Shown here one piece after another: positions 60,074-64,000 of a DNA stretch of 64,000 nucleotides. Location: NCBI GenBank assembly GCA_964651445.1, contig CAZYYW010000002.1, positions 66 through 64,065 on the forward strand, read 5' to 3'. The notes beneath the pieces are model-generated. The model was given only the letters and a program-made list of their open reading frames with translations. It did not search any database and was not told the DNA's origin. The stretch comes from an uncultured Thiotrichaceae bacterium (GTDB lineage: Bacteria > Pseudomonadota > Gammaproteobacteria > SZUA-229). The first letter of the stretch is position 1. Each line of letters starts with the position of its first letter. The position numbers and the translations under genes were made by a program.

Positions 60074-61786
60074 TTAGTCTTTAGTAACACGGTTGATTTC
60101 TTCCAAGCTGGTTAAGCCGGCAACAACCTTCTTTATAGCGGACTGGCGTAAATTGGCAATACCATCTTTTTCTGCCTGATCGGCAACATCAATCGCAGTG
60201 CCGTTGTCCATTATAATACGGCCAATTTCATCGGAAATGGGCATTACTTGATAAATACCAACGCGACCTTTGTAACCGTCACTGCATTGGTCACAACCAA
60301 CTGGTTTGAATAACTCTGGCTTGCTCGCAATTTGTTCCGCGGTAAAACCTTCTTCTTCCAGCGCGGTCTGCGGAATATCAACCTTCTCTTTGCAGTGACT
60401 GCATAAGCGGCGTGCGAGGCGTTGTGCAATAATCAGGGAAACGGCCGATGCGATATTAAACGGCGGCACCCCCATATTTACCAAGCGAGCCAATGTTAAC
60501 GGTGCGTCATTGGTGTGTAGGGTAGACATTACCATGTGTCCGGTTTGTGCCGCCTTGATGGCAATTTCAGCGGTATTGAGGTCACGAATCTCACCGACCA
60601 TAATAATGTCCGGATCCTGACGTAAAAAAGCGCGCAATGCCGCCTCAAACGTCAGACCAACTTTCTCATTGACGTTGACTTGGTTTATGCCTTCAAGGTT
60701 AATTTCTACAGGGTCTTCGGCGGTCGAAATATTGGTATCAACGGTATTTAAAATATTCAGTCCAGTATACAAAGATACAGTTTTACCACTACCGGTTGGC
60801 CCAGTGACCAGAATCATGCCGTAGGGATTGGCAAGCGCACTCAAATAGAGCTCTTTCTGGTCTTCCTCATAACCCAATGCATCAATGCCTAGCGAGGCAC
60901 TGGAAGGGTCGAGAATACGCAAAACAATTTTCTCACCAAACAGTGTTGGGCAGGTGTTCACACGAAAATCAATAGCCTTGGTGCGGGAAATTTTAAGTTT
61001 TATGCGGCCATCCTGCGGCACCCTTTTTTCCGCAGTGTCCATGCGTGACATGACTTTAATACGGGCGCTCAATTTGGGGCTCATGGCGACAGGCGGTCTA
61101 GAAACCTCACGTAAAACACCATCAATACGAAAACGTACACGGTAAGTTTTTTCGTAAGGTTCAAAATGAATATCAGACGCACCTTTTTTAATGGCATCCA
61201 GTAACATTTTATTGACAAAACGTACCACGGGGGTGTCATCAACTTCAGAGCCGGACTCTTCCTGTTTTTGCTCTGCGTCTGGGTCAGCAAAATCCAAGTC
61301 ATCAAGATCATCATCGCCGCCCATCATTTCATCCATGGCGGCTTCCTGCTCTTCCAGCAGTTTTTCGATCATTCTCCCCAGTTTATCTTCTTCGACCAGT
61401 ACCGCTTCCGTGTTTACCCCAGTCTGAAATTTTATATCATCGACCGCAGCGACATTAGTGGGGTCGGATATACCAATGTATAAGCGTTTTCCGCGTTTAA
61501 AGAGAGGGAAAGCCTGATGTTTTTTTATGAGTTTATCGTCGACAACGTCCCGTGGAATGGTTTCCGTATCAATAGCGTCAAGGTCGAAAACCGGCAAGCC
61601 AAATTCTTTGGAGGCTTCCATGGCAATTTTAGTAGCAGAAAGGATCTTGTGACTGACCAGGTAGCTGGTGAAAGAGACTTTTTCTTTAAGCGATGCCTGC
61701 ATCGCCTGAATAGCCGCTTTTTCCTCTAACAAGCCATCAGCCACCAACTTGCGTGGTAGCCCGTTTAAATTTACTTCTGCTGCCAT
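60074..61786 (-). CDS. pilB: type IV pilus assembly ATPase PilB
   Basis: Walker A GPTGSGKT, Asp/His boxes and a tetracysteine CSHC...CDQC motif. The start is ATG at 61784-61786. Confidence 0.93.
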   Translation of the reverse strand: MAAEVNLNGLPRKLVADGLLEEKAAIQAMQASLKEKVSFTSYLVSHKILSATKIAMEASKEFGLPVFDLDAIDTETIPRDVVDDKLIKKHQAFPLFKRGKRLYIGISDPTNVAAVDDIKFQTGVNTEAVLVEEDKLGRMIEKLLEEQEAAMDEMMGGDDDLDDLDFADPDAEQKQEESGSEVDDTPVVRFVNKMLLDAIKKGASDIHFEPYEKTYRVRFRIDGVLREVSRPPVAMSPKLSARIKVMSRMDTAEKRVPQDGRIKLKISRTKAIDFRVNTCPTLFGEKIVLRILDPSSASLGIDALGYEEDQKELYLSALANPYGMILVTGPTGSGKTVSLYTGLNILNTVDTNISTAEDPVEINLEGINQVNVNEKVGLTFEAALRAFLRQDPDIIMVGEIRDLNTAEIAIKAAQTGHMVMSTLHTNDAPLTLARLVNMGVPPFNIASAVSLIIAQRLARRLCSHCKEKVDIPQTALEEEGFTAEQIASKPELFKPVGCDQCSDGYKGRVGIYQVMPISDEIGRIIMDNGTAIDVADQAEKDGIANLRQSAIKKVVAGLTSLEEINRVTKD

Positions 61787-62102
61787 GTTGATTCTTTTCC
61801 CCAAAGTGTAAGACCAAACCTACACAAACACAATTTTTATTTTGTTATTGCAATAGCATATAAAACATAGTCTATTTTAACAAAATGTCTACTTTTTATG
61901 ATCGCTATAATTCAGGGTTGAAATTAGATTGTGAGTATTGATTAGTTGTAAAACTTCTAGCAGGTAAGAGAAATCAAAGGTGCAGCCTCTTGTCTTACAA
62001 AACTGTCACAACCTGACATTTTATGCATTATGTCACGCTAAGCGATCATTGCAATAAAATATAAGCTGTTGATTTATCTGAGATTAAAAAAATAATATAA
62101 TT

Positions 62103-62118
62103 TGGCATAGTCCCTGCA
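62103..62118 (+). promoter_or_regulatory. sigma54 promoter of the first pilin gene: TGGCAT-AGTCC-CTGCA
   Basis: GG at 62104-62105 and GC at 62116-62117 give GG-N10-GC. The motif lies about 85 nt upstream of the pilin ATG, as in PilS/PilR-dependent pilA promoters. Confidence 0.65.
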
Positions 62119-62203
62119 TAATCAATATTAGTCTTCAAATGAAAGACCTAAATTAACAAAAATAAAAAGTAGTAACTTACCTATTCTCTCGGAGAGATTT
62201 ATT

Positions 62204-62629
62204 ATGATGAACATAAAACAAAAAGCACAACAAGGTTTTACTTTAATTGAATTAATGATTGTTATCGCCATTATTGGTATTTTGGCTTCTGTGGCATTGC
62301 CTGCTTATCAGACTTATACCAAAAAAGCACAGTTTTCTGAAGCTGTTTTAGCGGCAACACCTTTTAAGAGCGCATTTGAAGTTGCTGCTCAAACAGGTCG
62401 TTTGACTGCTATTGGAGATGCCGATCATGGTGTAAATGGCATTCCTGTTGCAGCAGGCGCGAGTGGAGTTATTACATCCGTAGGAATGGTGAATGGTGTT
62501 ATTACTGTAGTCAGTACCATTACTAATGCTGCCGGCACTGCCGTCAACTACACGCTTACACCTGGTGGCATTGTAGCACCTATTCAGTGGACTGAAGGTG
62601 GTACCTGTCAAGCAGAAGGTATTTGTTAA
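62204..62629 (+). CDS. pilA: type IVa major pilin, copy 1
   Basis: Leader [11 protein letters not shown] / [17 protein letters not shown], a class III signal with G-1, F+1 and E+5. The mature protein is 130 aa with a C-terminal Cys-x5-Cys. Confidence 0.9.
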   Translation: MMNIKQKAQQGFTLIELMIVIAIIGILASVALPAYQTYTKKAQFSEAVLAATPFKSAFEVAAQTGRLTAIGDADHGVNGIPVAAGASGVITSVGMVNGVITVVSTITNAAGTAVNYTLTPGGIVAPIQWTEGGTCQAEGIC

Positions 62630-62642
62630 AAACCATGTCAGA

Positions 62643-62677
62643 GAAAACAATGCCCGTGTGGGCATTGTTTTCTTTAA
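62643..62677 (+). terminator. rho-independent terminator after pilin 1
   Basis: GAAAACAATGCCC-GTGT-GGGCATTGTTTTC forms a perfect 13-bp stem, followed by TTTAAT. Confidence 0.7.
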
Positions 62678-62765
62678 TGAGTATTTACATAAATATTTAT
62701 TAAAGAAAGCAAAAAATCACTGATAATAATTATTCACATTACTGTACAGATTTGCAGGTTTTAAC

Positions 62766-63176
62766 ATGAAAAATAGCCGTGGTTTTACGCTCGTTGAGTT
62801 AATGATTGTTATTGCAATAGTCGGAATCCTGTCTTCTGTCGCAATACCTGCATATCAAACTTATACTAAACGCTCACAATTCAGTGAAGTTATTTTAGCT
62901 ACCACCCCATTTAAAAATGCCATTGAAACAGCTATACAAACCGGTAGAATTACTGCGCTTGTCGGTGCGAATGCTGGCTCTTTAGGTATTCCTGCTGCTG
63001 TTGGAAGCACTGGCGTAGTTGCAAGTGTCAGTGTTGCTAATGGTGTCATTGAAGCTGTTAGCACTATTACGGATGGTGGTGGTAGTGCTGTCACTTATAC
63101 CCTCACACCCGATGGCGTCATTCCACCTATCCAATGGACAGCAGGTGGTAGCTGTAAAGTAGAAGTTTTATGCTAA
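62766..63176 (+). CDS. type IVa pilin, copy 2 (tandem paralogue)
   Basis: Leader MKNSRG / [17 protein letters not shown]. The mature protein is 130 aa. It aligns without gaps to pilin 1, with 83/130 identical by hand count. Confidence 0.88.
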   Translation: MKNSRGFTLVELMIVIAIVGILSSVAIPAYQTYTKRSQFSEVILATTPFKNAIETAIQTGRITALVGANAGSLGIPAAVGSTGVVASVSVANGVIEAVSTITDGGGSAVTYTLTPDGVIPPIQWTAGGSCKVEVLC

Positions 63177-63325
63177 GAAAACCCGAAAAAAGGGAAAGAT
63201 CGGCTAGCTATAGGTTACTGATCTTGTAGAAATGAGCAGTTACACAGAGTTATTTACACTCTCAACTTACAGCTAAAGCTAATTCTCACACACTTCATTT
63301 AATCACATAAAAAAACAACAAAACA

Positions 63326-64000
63326 TTGGAATCAAACCTAAAAAATAAATTTACCGCCTCCTTTTACCACTTTTTGGCTAGCCTTTTAATTTTCAGCATC
63401 TTTGTATTCATACTGTTCAACTTCTGGTATCCCAGTCCTTATTTTTCTGCTTCTGGTGGTTGGCAAGGGCTTAAAATTGTTGCTGCTATAGACCTAATTA
63501 TGGGACCCGTTCTAACATTTGTTGTATACAATATTAATAAACCAAAAAAGGAATTTTATACCGACTTTTCGATTATTGTTTTCCTGCAACTAGCCGTATT
63601 GTGGTGGGGTATGGCAACCGTTTACAGTCAAAGACCTGTTGCCGTCGTATTCTGGGAAAACGGTTTTTACACAGTGCCCGCCAGTGCTATAGAAGACCAG
63701 GAAATAGACCTTAGTAAATTAGATAAATTTGGCTCCAAAAAACCTGTATATATTTTTGCTGAACCACCTCAGACTGATAAAGACAGAGAACAGATGCTTT
63801 CAACTATACTTCAAAAACAGATCCCACCCCATCATCAACTAGAACTCTACAGACCTATTGAACAGCACTATGACGATATTTTTAAATACAACGTCGATAT
63901 TTTAGAGATTATCTCAAATAATCGTGATATGAAAAGTGATATTAATGCAATATTAAAACAGTCGAATACCTCTATAAACGATAATTACTACATCAAACTG
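63326..64000 (+). CDS. membrane protein downstream of the pilins, possibly a pilin accessory protein (TfpY/TfpZ/FimB-like); 3' end outside the window
   Basis: The frame is open from 63311 to the window end, and it is absent from the track because no stop is reached. The only start candidate is TTG at 63326. Several TM segments are present (FLASLLIFSIFVFILFNFWYPSPYF, LKIVAAIDLIMGPVLTFVVY, FSIIVFLQLAVLWWGMATVY). The family assignment rests on position and vague recall only. Confidence 0.5.
   Translation, partial: MESNLKNKFTASFYHFLASLLIFSIFVFILFNFWYPSPYFSASGGWQGLKIVAAIDLIMGPVLTFVVYNINKPKKEFYTDFSIIVFLQLAVLWWGMATVYSQRPVAVVFWENGFYTVPASAIEDQEIDLSKLDKFGSKKPVYIFAEPPQTDKDREQMLSTILQKQIPPHHQLELYRPIEQHYDDIFKYNVDILEIISNNRDMKSDINAILKQSNTSINDNYYIKL

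Noticed and set aside
62730-62765. Possible sigma54 promoter for the second pilin (TGTACAGATTTGCA)
   Set aside because: The GG dinucleotide is absent and the spacing to the GC is wrong (8 instead of 10), so this is not a credible -24/-12 element.
63240-63275. Short match (CACAGAGTTAT) to the family B repeat downstream of pilin 2
   Set aside because: Only 11 nt match and there is no flanking similarity, so this is compatible with chance.
1-64000. CRISPR array, tRNA, rRNA or intact IS/transposase genes
   Set aside because: I scanned the intergenic regions by eye. I found no regularly spaced direct repeats with unique spacers, no cloverleaf-like tRNA sequences, no rRNA signatures and no transposase-like ORFs. 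Only the non-autonomous repeat families reported above are present.

Overview
The window is a moderately AT-rich gammaproteobacterial chromosomal segment, and most of it is conserved core. It carries a complete, tightly packed dcw cell-division/cell-wall cluster (mraZ-rsmH-ftsL-ftsI-murE-murF-mraY-murD-ftsW-murG-murC-murB-ddlB-ftsQ-ftsA-ftsZ-lpxC). This is followed by dciA-like, an M23 peptidase, secA, argJ, a mutT fusion, zapD, coaE and a type IV pilus locus (pilDCB divergent from two tandem pilin genes plus an accessory gene). Upstream lie rnpB, prmA, uup, metH, bpt, bolA, gshA, fabV and a Crp/Fnr, truncated-globin and nasA group. The most interesting part is 5.0-12.3 kb. It holds a bufferin/gig-type RiPP operon (DUF2282 precursor, DUF692/MNIO enzyme, DUF2063 partner, ECF sigma, anti-sigma candidate) without the usual DoxX gene. 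Around it sit a TlpA-like thioredoxin pair, a gutted COG0701 permease bracketed by inverted repeats, and a secreted DsrE-like protein. Other non-core signals are listed below.
- A type I-F cas1 relic abuts a vapC gene at the left edge.
- There are three families of small non-autonomous repeats. One rewrites the last codons of fabV, and two are nested upstream of uup.
- An intergenic unit of sigma54 promoter, upstream palindrome and intrinsic terminator may be a small RNA.
- No CRISPR array, tRNA or rRNA was seen.

All calls come from reading the sequence and from recalled family signatures. No database search was run.
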